NCBI GenBank assembly: GCA_051362555.1
Contig: CM120645.1
Span: 620,001 to 684,000, forward strand
From: Lingula anatina
Taxonomy: Eukaryota; Animalia; Brachiopoda
DNA length: 64,000 bases
Direction: 5' to 3'
In this document: one piece after another, positions 13,597-27,500 of the stretch
Layout: the number at the start of each line of letters is the position of its first letter
Numbering within the stretch: position 1 is the stretch's first letter
The notes under the pieces: model-generated
What the model saw: only the letters and a program-made list of their open reading frames with translations
What the model was told of the DNA's origin: nothing
Databases searched by the model: none
Made by a program: the position numbers and the translations under genes

Positions 13597-14079
13597 TGTA
13601 CCACCAGCGTAGGCGCTGGCAGTACACATGGTTTTAGTCCCGTCCGGATCGTTCCGCCGGCTCCACCGGCTCTGCCGGCATGTCACCGTTACCGCTTCTC
13701 CTCCTAGAAGGTAAGGGCCTCCGTACCCATCTCTTGGATTTAGGTCACCTATACTCTCAACTCGTTCCACATAAAATTTGGGCTTTGCCGGTATTGGGGT
13801 CTAGGTGTGGCACTCATTGCAATTAATGCACCCTTGTCCAAAAGTGGCAAAATTAAATACTAATTATCTACCCTACGGAAGGAATGATGGGAAAAATTTC
13901 TACTGACAGCTTTCCAAAAGTCATGTGTGTAGATTTCAAATATGCCCTTGGATTTGACCTTTGACCTTTATTTCAAGGTCAAATGGGCCAAAATTTTCAA
14001 AAAAACGAATTTTTTTACGAAAAAAAAATTATTTGCGCTGTTATTCAGACACCACACAGACTTAACCAATAATATTATT
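13597..14079 (+). mobile_element. Helentron-type non-autonomous element A (5' part only)
   Basis: 5' subTIR plus inverted repeat tgtaccaccagc-gtaggc-gctggcagtaca; colinear with 24716-25192; interrupted at a TT-rich site by element B. Confidence 0.75.
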
Positions 14080-14879
14080 AGTACCACCAGCGTGTACGCT
14101 GGCGGTACTCATGGTTTTAGTCCCGACCCGTCTCGTACAGCTCCGCCGGCTCCTGCGGCTCCGCCGGCTCCTGCAGCTCCGCCGGCTCCGCAGTCGGGCG
14201 CCGGAAATAAGTCACCGTTACCGCTTCTCCTCCTAGACCGCAAGGACCTGTGTCCCCATCTCTTGGATTTAGGTCACATATAATCTCAACTTGAACACCC
14301 TGGCTTTTTTGTCTCCGTCGGTGCACTGGCCTGGGCGTGACGCTTGTTGAAATGCACCCATGTCAAAATTTTTGAAAATTCAATGCTAAATATCTCCCAA
14401 ACCAAAGGAATTATGGGAAAAATTACTACAGAAGTCTGACTGAAAGTCATATGTGGAGATTCCAAATATGCCCTTGGATTTGACTTTTGACCTTTTTTTC
14501 AAGGTCAAACAAGCCAAAATTTTCTAAAAATGGGAATTTTCTGTAAAAAAATATTTGTTTGTGCTAATTTTTGGAAACTACGCAGCCCTAAGCTCTCCTG
14601 TTATAGTGAGGGGTTACCATTGGGGACTCCTTTCATCTGTGAGAGTTTGGGGTCAATCAGTGCATTTTCACGCGAGTAGAAGCCATTAGATACTGAAACT
14701 GAAAACTCGCTCTAAATCTGGAACGGTAAATGCCAGAGACCTCTTTTTTATTGCATTTTGTAGACCTTGTCAAGTGCAATACTGGGGGTGGTGTCCATTT
14801 TTTGTTTTTGATATGGCTTAGGCGTTGCCCTATATCAAAAATTACAACATTGCAATATTCAGTGGGGAAAATGTGAAAT

Positions 14880-16570
14880 ACTCCAAAATTAGCAGAGATA
14901 CGCCCATAGTTACTATTGAACTTGAATAGGAAGTCATATACTGGTAATCTAACTGTGACCTTGAAATTGACCTTTGACCTACTTTTCATTATGAACTGCA
15001 CTTTGCAAGTTTTCTGATCTTTATATCTCCAAAACTGGCAAAGATATGCCCATAGTTACTATTGAACTTGAATAGGAAGTCGTATACTAGTAATCTAACT
15101 GTGACCTTGAAATTGACCTTTGACATACTTTTCAGTACTGCACTTTGCAAGTTTTCTGATCTTTATATATCCAAAACTGGCAAAGATACGCCCATAGTTA
15201 CTATTGAACTTTAATAGGAAGTTATATACTGGTAATCTAACTGTGACCTTGAAATTGACCTTTGACCTACTTTTCACCATGAACTGAACTTTGCAAATTT
15301 TTCAACCCTTATATCTCCAAAACTGGCAGAGATACACCCATAGTTACTATTGAACTTGAATAGGAAGTCATATACTGGCAATCTAAATGTGACCTTGAAA
15401 TTGACCTTTGACCTACTTTTCATCATGAATTGAACTTGGCAAATTTTTGTTCCCTTTTATCTCCAAAACTATTGAACTTGAATAGGAAGCCATATACTGG
15501 CAATCTAAATGTGACCTTGAAATTGACCTTTGACCTACTTTTCATCATGAATTGAACTTGGCAAATTTTGGTTCCCTTTTATCTCCAAAACTGGCAGAGA
15601 TAGGTCCATAGTTACTATTGAACTTGAATAGGAAGTCATATAGTAACAATCTAAATGTGACCTTGAAATTGACTTTTGACCTACCTTTCATCATGAATTG
15701 AACTTTGCAATTTTTGTTCCCTTTTATCTCCAAAACTGGCAGAGATAGGTCCATAGTTACTATTGAACTTGAATAGGAAGTTATATACTGGCAATCTAAA
15801 TGTGACCTTGAAATTGACCTTTGACCTACTTTTCATCATGAATTGAACTTTGCAAATTTTGGTTCCCTTTTTATCTCCAAAACTGGCAGAGATAGGTCCA
15901 TAATTACTGTTGAACTTGAATGGGAAGTCATATACTGGCAATCTAAATGTGACCTTGAAATTGACCTTTGACCTACTTTTTATCATGAATTGAACTTTGC
16001 AAATTTTGGTTCCCATTTATCTCCAAAACTGGCAGAGATAGGTCCATAGTTATTATTGAACTTGAATATTAAGTCATATACTGGCAATCTAAATGTGGCC
16101 TTGAAATTGACCTTTGACCTACTTTTTATCATGAATTGAACTTCGCAAATTTTGGTTCCCTTTTATCTGCAAGACTGGCAATGATATGTCCATAGTTATT
16201 ATTGAATTTGAATAGGAAGTCATTAAAGTCAATTTACTGTGACCTTAAAATTGAGCTTTGACCTACTTTTTACCATGAACTTAACATTGCAAATTTTGGT
16301 TCCCTTTTATCTCCAAAACTGGCAAAGATACGCCTATAGTTACTATTGAATTTGAATAGGAAGTCACATACTGGCAATCTAAGTGTGACCTTGAAATTGA
16401 CCTTTGACCTACTTTTTATCATGAATTGAACTTGGCAAATTTTGGTTCCCTTTTATCTCCAAAACTAGCAGAGATAGGTCCATAGTTGCTATTGAACTTG
16501 AATAGGAAGTCATATACTGAAAATTTACTGTGACCTTGAAATTGACCTTTGACCTACCTTACTATGAACT
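14880..16570 (+). repeat. 146-bp tandem satellite array (~11-12 units)
   Basis: Repeated unit atctccaaaactggcagagataggtccatagttactattgaacttgaataggaagtcatatactggcaatctaaatgtgaccttgaaattgacctttgacctac...; one unit is internally deleted near 15465. Confidence 0.95.
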
Positions 16571-17265
16571 AAACTTTGATTGTACCATTTTTAGTTATAT
16601 ATATTTTTTTGCATTTTTTGAGAATTCTTGTTGATTGCATTTTTTTACAGATTGTCAAGCACAAGACTGGTGGTGGTGTCCCTTTTTTGTGTGTGTGTGG
16701 GTCAATACGATCACACTTACTCCAGCTGGTGGTACAATATTTGTAGGCGGTATCCAGCGTTTGACACTCACACTCGCCAATGCGAGTTAAAATTAAATCT
16801 GGCGAGTGAAAATTATGGTGCAAGTCGCCATTTTGGCGATTTATGTCAACTTACTGTATTAATTATGTTTATCGGCAAAATTTAGACCCAATTTAAGTCC
16901 AACTCGTATGCCAAAATTTACAGGGAAGTTCATGGGATTACCCTTACTGCTAACCTCGTTTTCACTTTCATAATCGTGATTGGTTGAAGTTGGGGAATTC
17001 CGTAATGACGTATTCACAGTCTCGCTGTTGTTTTTGAAAGCATCTAGCCTTCGTTTGCACGCCGGATTTTGACGAAGTATAGGAAATGCTGTCTGTTTCG
17101 TTTCACTTACGTCTTGCGATTTTGCGCAGTTGACGCTTCCGGGAGAAAACGTGATGCACGTGGATCATCAAGCTGCATGGAGAAGTTTTTAAAAATTTCA
17201 AAACGCCAAGTAGAAGAGACTGAGAGTGAGAGCGTTGCAGAATCAGCTTCAACTTCAAGTGGTAA

Positions 17266-18257
17266 GGCCACACTTTTTTATTTTTATGGATGACATCCTG
17301 CGCGCGTACCGATTTTTGCCCGTTCTCCAAAAAAAAAAAAAAAAAAATCCCCCCCCCCCCAGCCCCCAACGAAGTCGGTTGTCGCAAACGTCGTTATTGA
17401 ATTTGCCTGGAAATGAGCTTTCTGCGCATGTGTATTATTGCCACGTGGAAATGCTGCCGCTTTGCCGTCAAATATTCATCTCTAGGATTACTTTCAAATT
17501 ACACAACAATAAAAGTCATAAAGAGAATGGGTGCCATCGTTTTGGATTGGTATGCCATTGATATTGGGCATGGAGATATCACCTTTTTACAATTGTGCGA
17601 AAGGCTGGCGGCGGCCAGCAATTATCGCCCGAAAAATTTCTGTGACATTCTGTACAAAGCAGCACATTAATACCAGGTTTTTCTGTAGCGAATAAAGGGT
17701 CGACAAGGGCGTCGAGGTATTTAGTGGGCTGAAGGTCGGACAGGCCACCTGACAGTTTGGCTGCTTCGTGTGAAATGAAGTAGACAAAATGGCATCGTCC
17801 GAAATGACCTTTAATAGATTTGGTAGTATTAAGCATATCTTTGCATCATTTTTTAAACATTTCTGTGAAGTGTTCAAAATGCTTTAATATTTTGAGAATA
17901 CAAATAAAGACACACTGTTTGACTGATATTTGTTTTATTGATTGCTATACCAACTAAATGCATGAAATAACCTTAAATAGATTTGGTAATATGAAGTAGG
18001 CCTATACCTATTCATGACTTTTTTTTTACATTTCTAGGAAGTATTCACAATGCTTTAATATTTTGATAGCATGGATTAAGAGATATTGTTAGTTTGATAC
18101 ATGTTTCTGTGGTAAAATTTGTGTTTCCAGCTGTGTACTGACAGCATTCCTTTACTTAAGCAGTATTTTTTTTTTGGACTGTTTTTTTTTTTCGCCCTCT
18201 CGCACCGATTTTGGGGTACCCAGAGGATGTCATCCATAAAAATAAAAAAGTGTGGCC
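17266..18257. mobile_element. MITE with TAA TSD (PIF/Harbinger- or Zator-type) inserted in the hAT splice donor
   Basis: TIR ggccacacttttttatttttatggatgacatcct at both ends; TSD TAA (17263-65 / 18258-60). Removing it restores a consensus donor g|gtaagt. Confidence 0.8.
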
Positions 18258-18654
18258 TAAGTACACAAAATCAAAGCAGAAACGAGTCTGAGCTCTTTGA
18301 CCCAACGCATGTTTTTGACGTTTTCTGATTTTTTTTCCTGAGCGGAACAAAAAAAAAAAAAGGGGGGGGGGGGAGGGGGTTAAATGCGTGCGATGTGCAA
18401 CGTGTGTAGGGTAAGAGAACTTGAATTACCTAGCGCACGCTATTACAGTACAGTGCAATACTATACAAATAATACAAAATAATGAATTTTATTTCAACTC
18501 ATATACAATTGAATCTCAATCTCGTTAGGTTTTCAGCAGTTCACTGACTGCATCTCCATCAGAGCAACTTACGGAGTTCACCCTGAATATCACAAGTTCT
18601 CTAATAATGATAGTGCTTAATTTAACCTCATTTTAATATTTATTTTGAAACGAG

Positions 18655-18660
<6 letters not shown>

Positions 18661-18712
<52 letters not shown>
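18661..18712. repeat. (TA)n microsatellite
   Basis: Direct read; another (TA)n at ~37783-37824. Confidence 0.95.
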
Positions 18713-18717
<5 letters not shown>

Positions 18718-18875
18718 TTATTAAGACCCCATATCTGAATGGTCTACTGGTTTGTCCCAATTGTTGATTTTAACGTTGTTAAATGTTTAGCTCTTTATCA
18801 CATGTACCAGTAATTGATTATGTTTATAAATAGATAAAATGTATGTGTACTTGAACAATACTAAATTATTTTCAG

Positions 18876-19468
18876 GTATAAAGATGATGTACATAGTTTG
18901 TCATGGCCTCTGGTTTGGAGAGAATACCACTTCCCTGCAGTTCAATCTGTCATTGACATTTGTCTGACTTTGCCGTCTAGCAGTGCCGAAACTGAGCGGG
19001 GCTTCAGTGTTATGAAGAGAACCAAGACAGATGGCCGAGCATGCCTACTATCAACAGCCCTCAATATCTGCATGTCCGTTGATATGCTGACACCTTCTGT
19101 GAGAGATTTTGACCCCACACCAGCTGTTGAACATTGGCTTTGTAAGTCAGTTGCTCCAAGGAGGCCACTCTTCATGGAGAATAAGAAGGGTCCTCAGATT
19201 AAGGCATATCAGTCTGAGCCATCCATTGATGTGACAACTTTCAGAGTCTTCCAGTGATGTGACAACTCCCAGTATCCACTCTGAGCCATCCATTGATTTG
19301 ACAATTTCTGAGTCTTCCATTGATGTGACAACTCCCAGTATCCACTCTGAGCAGGCAGAGATGTCAGACAGTGACAGTGATGAGGGGTTTGATGACTGTT
19401 ATAGTGATTCAGATGAAGAGAATGAAATGACTGAGAAGGATGTGGAGCAGTTTTTAAGACAAAATTGA
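18876..19468 (+). pseudogene. hAT transposase C-terminal dimerisation-domain exon, frameshifted
   Basis: ICLTLPSSSAETERGFSVMKRTKTDGRACL matches the hATC motif LPxSSAxxERxFS; acceptor ttcag at 18875; frameshift near 19257 within short tandem repeats, followed by an acidic tail. Confidence 0.85.
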
Positions 19469-20606
19469 TCTTTATACTGACTTTTATCTCTTCATCAGTA
19501 TCAGCTAGGACAATTTTCCCCCGGCCGATTCCCCCCAAAGAATATATATTTATGTACAAATATATAGTAAAGAGCATGAAGCTTAAATCCTTCTATCTAT
19601 CCATCTATTGTATGAATATTTCTTGGTGTGATGATGCAACTTAAAGATACAAAATATAAATTTCATTAAACAAATTATGTTCATGAAGTACAAGTTAAGA
19701 AAATTTTAGAAATATAAGTACAGAAAATTTTATTAAAAATATAATCAAAGTATCTCTAGGTAAAGTGGGGTAAATAAAGATGCATATAGTTTATGTTTAA
19801 TTTAGATTAGAATGTGCAAAATCTGTAGACTAAAGAATAAACACAGTTCTAGGTTTAAAAAAGGTTTTAATTTTTTTTTCTTTATTTGCATATGATAACA
19901 TCTCCATCATGAGTCATTACCACATTGGCCAGTAACTTCGTAATAAAGCTGGCCAAAGTCTGGCTTGTGCATTTTCGGTTTGGCCAGTAACTTTCAGAGC
20001 ACACTGGCCAAATTGGCCTGTACTATTTCAAACGAAGGTCAAACACTGGGTAACGCCTCTCTGATCCTCTAGTTTTTAAAGGGTTCAAAATTCCATACAA
20101 CTGTACTGTACGTACCACTGAATACTATATTATTTAATCATTCCAACAACTCTATCTCAGAATTCACTGGCCTGGATTAATACAGACACATAAGAACAAT
20201 TGGTTTTCAAGGTCTGTTAAGGCTATAATTCAAGTAATTTTCAGGGATTTTTAGCTGTTGGCCCAGGCAAGCTACTTAAAATTTTTATATGTTCAGAAAT
20301 GATTGCCAAACTATGAAAAAACAGGAACAGGTTAAGAAAAAACCCTTTAAGCTACGTTTGGCACTATTCAAAAGTCAATGTTTACAATGATGTTTTGTGT
20401 GCAGCCATTTTGCTACTCGCCAGTTACTTAAGAGAACTTAGTGAAATCGATATGTGCATGGTTTATAAAATGTTATGCAATTATATACTGTTTAGTCTGT
20501 CAAGTTCATTAGTATAAAACGCGAAAGGCCACTGTATAAACATCTCTACATCTTACCGGTTTCTGTGCCATGTTTGTGTTAAGGTGTATATTGTTTCATA
20601 TTTCAG

Positions 20607-20697
20607 GTACATAAGACCTCCAGCAGCAGAAATGTTGGTAATAGCTGGTGTCTGACTTCACCTATCTTAATAGATATCCAGAACTAACAGACTGAAG
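20607..20697 (+). other. Probable non-coding 5' UTR exon of the ROCO gene
   Basis: tttcag| acceptor and |gtatgt donor around a 91-bp segment; next acceptor caatttcag at 21419 precedes the ATG at 21551. Confidence 0.4.
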
Positions 20698-21550
20698 GTA
20701 TGTCATCATGTATGAACTGATATATTGCCTAATTAAATTTTATTTTATGTAACCTTTAATATTAAATACATTTAATTTGCTCTAAGTACAATTTTTATGT
20801 TAACCACCCCAAATCCTGATCATAAACTTTTGTGATGCAAATGAATATATTATAATTTATAACATTAATTTGAGAAATTTTAAAAGAAAGTCATTCATGA
20901 ACGCTATCCATCCAGCTTTTCATCAGTCTTTTCCTTATTATTTTTTTCAGATAACTCATATTTTGTCCAAATGCACATTTAATCCACATAAGGTAATAGA
21001 GTTACTGCCTACTCAACAAAAATTGTATATCAAGTTAAAATGCTTGAAATACATGATTTACCAGAGTACTTATAAATGTAAACTTGCCTTTTGTCAAGTG
21101 AAACCACATGGAAATAATTTTATTGTGGAATTTTTTGCCACAAAATACCATATATAATTATGTTGTGCATAGCTGATTAAGTCAAACAAAAGAAGTGCAT
21201 GTCACACTTTTTGTATCATATTATATTTTATTTCTTTCACACAAAGACAACAAAACAGTAGACCTATGACTTAGTTATGTATTTTAAGATAAGGTACCTG
21301 TCATCAGAGGGAAGTAGAGATAAAATGTTTTATTTTGTCAACAAAACCCCAATACTGTGCATGACTCATTTTTAACAAAATTAAAATTTTGCTACCAATT
21401 TATCTTTTTTCAATTTCAGACAAAGAAAAGACAATAAAAGACATGTATGCACAGTAATGGAGGAAGTCAAAGAACATTTAGCACATTTTCCAAGTGACCA
21501 TATATAACATAAAGCAGTGACATTTCTTCCTACTGCTCCATTCCTGAGAC

Positions 21551-24500
21551 ATGGCTTACAGACAAGTAACAGCAGGTAGAGAGAGTCTTGATGTCTTACA
21601 TAGGCTACAGTTGTCTCCACAGTCCACGACACCAGACACTGTGCTGGAGTGGACTGAGCTTCATATAAACTATGCTTATATATACAACCTACCAGAGTCC
21701 ATTGACAGGTGTAAAAATGTTAAGAAGATCAATGCAGCATGCAATTGGTTATCTTCTTTACCACAGTCCATATCCAAACTGCCATACCTCACAGTGTTGG
21801 ACCTATCCCACAATGCCTTCACTACATTCCCCAAAGCACTGTGTGGCTTGACTAACCTAAAGATGCTGTACCTGAATAACAACCAGCTATCTGACATACC
21901 ATTGGATATCACTAGTATGACAAGACTTAAAATATTCAGCCTCCATCACAATGCCTTCACTACATTCCCCATAGCACTGTGTGGCTTGACTAACCTAGAG
22001 GAGCTGTACCTGAATAACAACCATCTATCTGACATATCAGTGGATATCACCAGGTTAACTAAACTTATGAGTCTTAGTCTGGGTTACAATAACATCACCC
22101 ACCTGCCACCTCAGATGAAGAGTATGGAAAGTCTAAGACAACTAGTTGTGAAAGGTAATCCTCTTGTACAACCACCTAAACATATTGCCAGTAGGGGACT
22201 AGATGCTATCAAGAGGTATTTTGAGGCATTAGCTGACACCAAGGCAATCCAGTCAAGTAGAATACAGGTCAACTTTCTTGGTGAAACAGGAGCAGGAAAA
22301 ACTAGCATTTCTCGTACATTGCAACTTGGACAGTCTGCCCTCACAAAGAAGGCAGACAGGACAAGAGTGGTGGAGCAGAGAACATGGGTATTTGACCAAG
22401 ATATTGCTTTTAATATGAATGACTTCGGTGGACATGATGTCTATAAGATTGGCCATCCTATTTTTATATCCAAACATGGTTTGATTTTGATAACATTTAA
22501 CCTTTGTAAATATGACCCAAACAATGAGGCTCATTACCAGCTCTACATTGGAAACTGGATTGACAAGGTGCAAGCACAGATGCCAGGGATAAAAATGGCA
22601 CTTGTTGGAACTCATGTTGATAAAGTTGATGATGATTTGAGAAGTGCAAAATGTTTGGTTTTAAAGAAAGAACTTACAGTTCACAAGAGGAAAAAGCAAG
22701 AATGGTTTGAAACTCAAATGAAGAAAACCAAGCTAAAAATATCAGAAACAGATCCAACACAAATTTCCGTACTCGAGGCCTACAAGAACAAAGTTGACAA
22801 GCTGCATACCTTAAAAGATCAAGTAATTGATATCCATGAGCATATATTCCTGGTGAGTTCTAGGACCAAAGAAGGACTTAATGAGCTAAAACACTATCTT
22901 ATTTCTTTTGCAAGACAGCATGCAGTCATTCTACCAGGGATGTGGGTTGAAGCAGCCACTGCCATCTATGAAAAAAGGCAAGATAGTGCTGAAAATACAC
23001 TTAACTTGGATACTCTTAAACAGGCTCTAAGCATACAGTTTAAGCCAAAATCTTGGAGGACATTCATTATGAAGTGGGTGCGCTACTCCAAACAGGATAT
23101 TGACCAAAGAGTCTATGAGATCCTTTCCTTCTTGGCCCACCGTGGAGACATCATCTGGTTTGAGACAAGTCCCTTGCTACAACAGACAGTATTTCACAAG
23201 CAAGAGATCCTTGCAAATCTTCTCAAGGCAATCCTAAATCATGACATGGATGCTACCATCAGGACCCTGCAAGATTCACTGACAATGACAGCACCCAAAA
23301 AACATGATTTAATTGAAGATCTGAGAACAAGGGGAATGGTTTCCAAAGAAGCCATGTTTTGTTTGTGGCAGTCTTTCGATCTCCGTACTGAAGAAGAAGA
23401 TGCCATGACAGAACTCCTGAAGAAACTGGAGCTGTGCTATCAAATCCAGGATGAAGAATCCCTTCCATCCAATACTTCATTCCACTTTCCATGGCTCCTC
23501 ACTGAAGAAAGACAAGCTGAACTAGACACCAAATGGCCCAGCAAGGTTCCCCCCGACACCACACAACTTACCCTGCAGGTTCTCTTTCCATACAGATGTC
23601 CAGATGGCTTATATGAGAAATTTTCTGTCCGCCAGCACAAACACCTTGGACTCATGAAGACCATGCGAATGGATTGGAAGGATGGAGTGTATGCAGAACT
23701 TGAAGGATGCAAAATGCAGCTTACGCGGGGGAAAAATCAGCAAAATCCTGATCCAGTTAGCCAAGATCCAGACTGGGTTATCAGCATTGCTGTCCGTGGA
23801 TCACATCGCTCAGACATGTGGCGTGTTCTCACACAAGGTCACAGTGACCTCGTGGCCATCATTAAAGAGGACTGGCCTGGGCTGTCATATGACAAGTACC
23901 TGGTGTGTCCCCACTGTGTGAGTGAGGACAGTGAGCACCCAACCCTCTTCCCTGGAGAGATACTTGACCAAACCAATGGAACAGCTTCCAAATCAAGACA
24001 GGTGTCATGTATCAATACTGGTGTCTCCATTCCTGCTGACCTGGTCTACCCACCACACCTGGTCATGAGCTGGCAGGAAGGTAAGCACAGTACTATTATG
24101 GCCTTAAGTTTAACCCAAAGATTCACCAGTTTCTATTTTTAATGTCTCTATTTTCAAAAATATTGCCAATCTGCCCTCACCTGAATGTGACTTCCAAAAA
24201 AAATTTACTAACAAGAAGGGTTATTTTGTGTGATTTTTCTCATTTTAATGAGAAAGTGCAAAAAAAGTGCAGTATTTTAGTTACATGCATAATAATGCCC
24301 CCAATGATTGACCTCCCATATCATAGTATGTACATGTGTCATCTCCATGCACTTACTTTTAACTTAAAACATGAAAATAAGTACTATGAGAACATTATCA
24401 CAAAGATTCACTAGTTTCTCTTTTTTATGTACATATCTTTTCTCAAACATGTTGTCAAACTGCCCTCATCTGAACATGACATCCAAAAAATGCACAAAAG

Positions 24501-27500
24501 AGAAGAATCTGATTTTGTTAAGCACAGCATTTTGCTATAATAGCACTGATTTCTAGTGTTTAGTATTTTTGTGAAAATGTTCACATATTATTTCCATGCA
24601 CTTAGTAAACATGAAAATAAGTGTTTTTACAGCAGTGGGGATTTTTTCTTTTAAGTGTTTTGTATATTTATAAACTTGCCTCAGAATCTACCTATGTTGA
24701 AGCCTTGTTATTAATTGTACCACCAGCGTAGGCGCTGGCGGTACACATGGTTTTAGTCCCGTCCGGTCCGTTCCGCCGGCTCCGCTGGCTCCGCCGCCAT
24801 GTTACCGTTACCGCTTCTCCTCCTAGACGGTAAGGGCCCCCATACCCATCTCTTGGATTTAGGTCACCTATAATCTCAACTCGTTCCATGTAAAATTTGG
24901 GCTTTGTCGGTATTGGGGTCTAGGTGTGGCATTCATTGCAATGCACCCTTGTCCAAAAATGGCAAAATTAAATGCTAATTATCTACCCTACGGAAGGAAT
25001 TATGGGAAAAATTTCTACAGACGGCTTTCCAAAAGTCATATGTGTAGATTTCAAATATGCTCTTGGATTTGACCTTTGACCTTTATTTCAAGGTCAAACG
25101 GGCCAAAATTTTCAAAAAAATGAATTTTTTTACGAAAAAAAAATTATTTGCGCGGTTATTCAGACACCACACAGACTAACCAATAATATTATTGGAAAAT
25201 GTTACCCTTCAGGTCATCTTTCATCTCCGTGAATTTGGGGTCAATTGGTGCATTTTCACGGGAGTAGCGGCCATAAGATACCGAAACTGAAAACTGTCTC
25301 TAATTTGGGAACCGTTAATGCTAGAGACCCATTCTTTTTTGCATTTAGTAGAGCATGTAAAGCCCAACACTGGGGGTGGTCTTCGTTTTTTTGTATTCCA
25401 TACGGTTTTCGAGTTACGCTTTATCAAAAAGTACATATTGGTGGTGAAAGCAAAATGTGCAGGCTTGGCAAAGCAGACGACTTGTGGTCAAAAATGACAT
25501 TATTTCATCAAATTTGAACATCTGGAACTTCAGAGCACCTCCCATTTCAAGAATTTTGACCAAAATGACCTTTTCTTTATCTTAATTAATTTTTTTCTGT
25601 AGAAAATTTATGGCACACTATGGTAACTCCAAAATTATACCATTTAGTCCCTTATATCTCCAAAACTGGCAGAGATAGGTCCATAGTTTCTATTGAACTT
25701 GAATAGGAAGTCATATACTGGCAATGTAAATGTGACCTTAAAATTGACCTTTGACCTACTTTTCACCATGAACTGAACTTTGCAAATTTTGCTTCCCTTT
25801 TATCTCCAAAACTGGCAGAGATAGGTCCATAGTTTCTATTGAACTTGAATAGGAAGTCATATACTGGCAATCTAAATGTGACCTTAAAATTGACCTTTGA
25901 CCTACTTTTCACCATGAACTGAACTTTGCAAATTTTGCTTCCCTTTTATCTCCAAAACTGGCAGAGATAGGTCCATAGTTTCTATTGAACTTGAGTAGAA
26001 AGTCATATACTGGCAATCTACATGTGACCTTAAAATTGACCTTTGACCTACTTATTATCAAATTTATTTCTCTTTTAACTCCAAACCTGGCAGAGATAGG
26101 CCCATAGTTACTATTGAAGTTGAATAGGAAGTCATATACTGGCAATCTTAAAGTGACCTTAAAATTGACCTTTGACCTACTTTTCACCATGAACTGAACT
26201 TTGCATATTTTGCTTCCCCTTTATCTCCAAAACTGGCAGAGATAGGTCCATAGTTACTATTGAACTTGAATAGGAAGTCATATACTGGCAATCTATATGT
26301 GACCTTAAAATTGACCTTTGACCTACTTTTCACCATGAACTGAACTTTGCAAATTTTGATTCCCTTTTATCTCCAAAACTGGCAGAGATAGGTCCATAGT
26401 TTCTATTGAACTTGAATAGGAAGTCATATACTGGCAATCTACATGTGACCTTAAAATTGACCTTTGACCTACTTTTCACCATGAACTGAACTTTGCAAAT
26501 TTTGCTTCCCTTTTATCTCCAAAACTGGCAGAGATAGGTCCATAGTTACTATTGAAGTTGAATAGAAAGTCATTAGTGGCATTTTATTGTGACCTTAAAA
26601 TTGACCTTTAACCTACTTTTCACTATGAACTGAACTTTGCAAATTTTCGTTCCCTTATATCTCCAAAACAGGCAGAGATAGGTCCATAGTTACTATTGAA
26701 CTTGAATAGGAAGTTATAAACTGGCAATCTAAGTGTGACCTTGAAATTGACCTTTGACCTACTTTTCATCATGAATTGAACTTTGCAGATTTTGCTTCCC
26801 TTTTATCTCCAAAACTGGCAGAGATAGGTCCATAGTTACTATTGAAGTTGAATAGGAAGCCATATACTGGCAATCTAAATGTGACCTTAAAATTGACCTT
26901 TGACCTACTTTTCATTATGAACTGAACTCTGCTAATTTCTTTCTCTTTTAACTCCTAACCTGGCAGAGATTGGTCCATAGTTACTATTGAACTTGAATAG
27001 GAAGTAATACACTAGCAGTCTGTGACCTTGAAATTGACCTTTGACCTACTTTTGCATGTTTTCTGGCCTTTAAATCTGCAAAATTGGCAAAGATATCCCC
27101 ATGGTTGCTATTGAACTTGAATAGAAATTCATATACTATGATATTGAAATTGACCTTTGACCTACTTTTTCACCATGAACTGAGCTTTGCATATTTTCTT
27201 GCCTCTCATATCTTTAAAACTAGCAGAGATGTGCCCTTTGTTTCCCCTAGGTTTTCTCTTTTGTCAGCATATATGCACCATTGACAACACATTTCAAGGA
27301 AAACCAATAGGCCTTTTGTCTAGATAATACAGTAGTGATCAAGGGTAGGAAAATGCAAGTCAATTCGAAAATCTGCTTGATTGTACCATTTTTAGTTATA
27401 TTTTTTTGCATATTTTGAGAACTCTTGTTGATTGCATCTTATAGAGCTTGTCAAACACAATGATGATGGTGTCCCTTTTAGGAGGGGGGGGGGGTCCATA

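Larger units (their letters stand above)
16755..20048 (+). mobile_element. Internally deleted hAT transposon with 6-bp TSD (hAT6-like)
   Basis: TIRs CAGCGTTTGAC...GTCAAACACTG; TSD ggtatc/ggtaac (1 mismatch); putative first exon 17177-17261 (MEKFLKISKRQ...) and last exon from 18876. Confidence 0.8.
14080..20072 (+). mobile_element. Helentron-type non-autonomous element B with internal satellite; 3' hairpin split by a hAT
   Basis: 5' gtaccaccagc hairpin; 3' subTIR gctggtggtac at ~16724; palindrome aggcggtatc|gcctct; terminal ctag followed by a T run at 20069-20077. Confidence 0.8.

Noticed and set aside
14657-16016. ORFs with repeated KSRSKVNFKVT peptides (also 25909-26190, 39135-40547, 57666-57875)
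   Set aside because: Translations of satellite DNA.
21676-24030. Several antisense or alternate-frame ORFs within ROCO; also antisense ORFs 1569-1844 and 2044-2484
   Set aside because: Shadows of real coding exons, with no independent motifs.
24081-24142. C-terminus KHSTIMALSLTQRFTSFYF of the 863-aa ORF (and 35618-35700, 61377-61490 ORF extensions)
   Set aside because: Read-through into introns past consensus splice sites.
14880-27240. Regular repeats as CRISPR arrays
   Set aside because: Head-to-tail monomers with no unique spacers, no cas genes, eukaryotic context.
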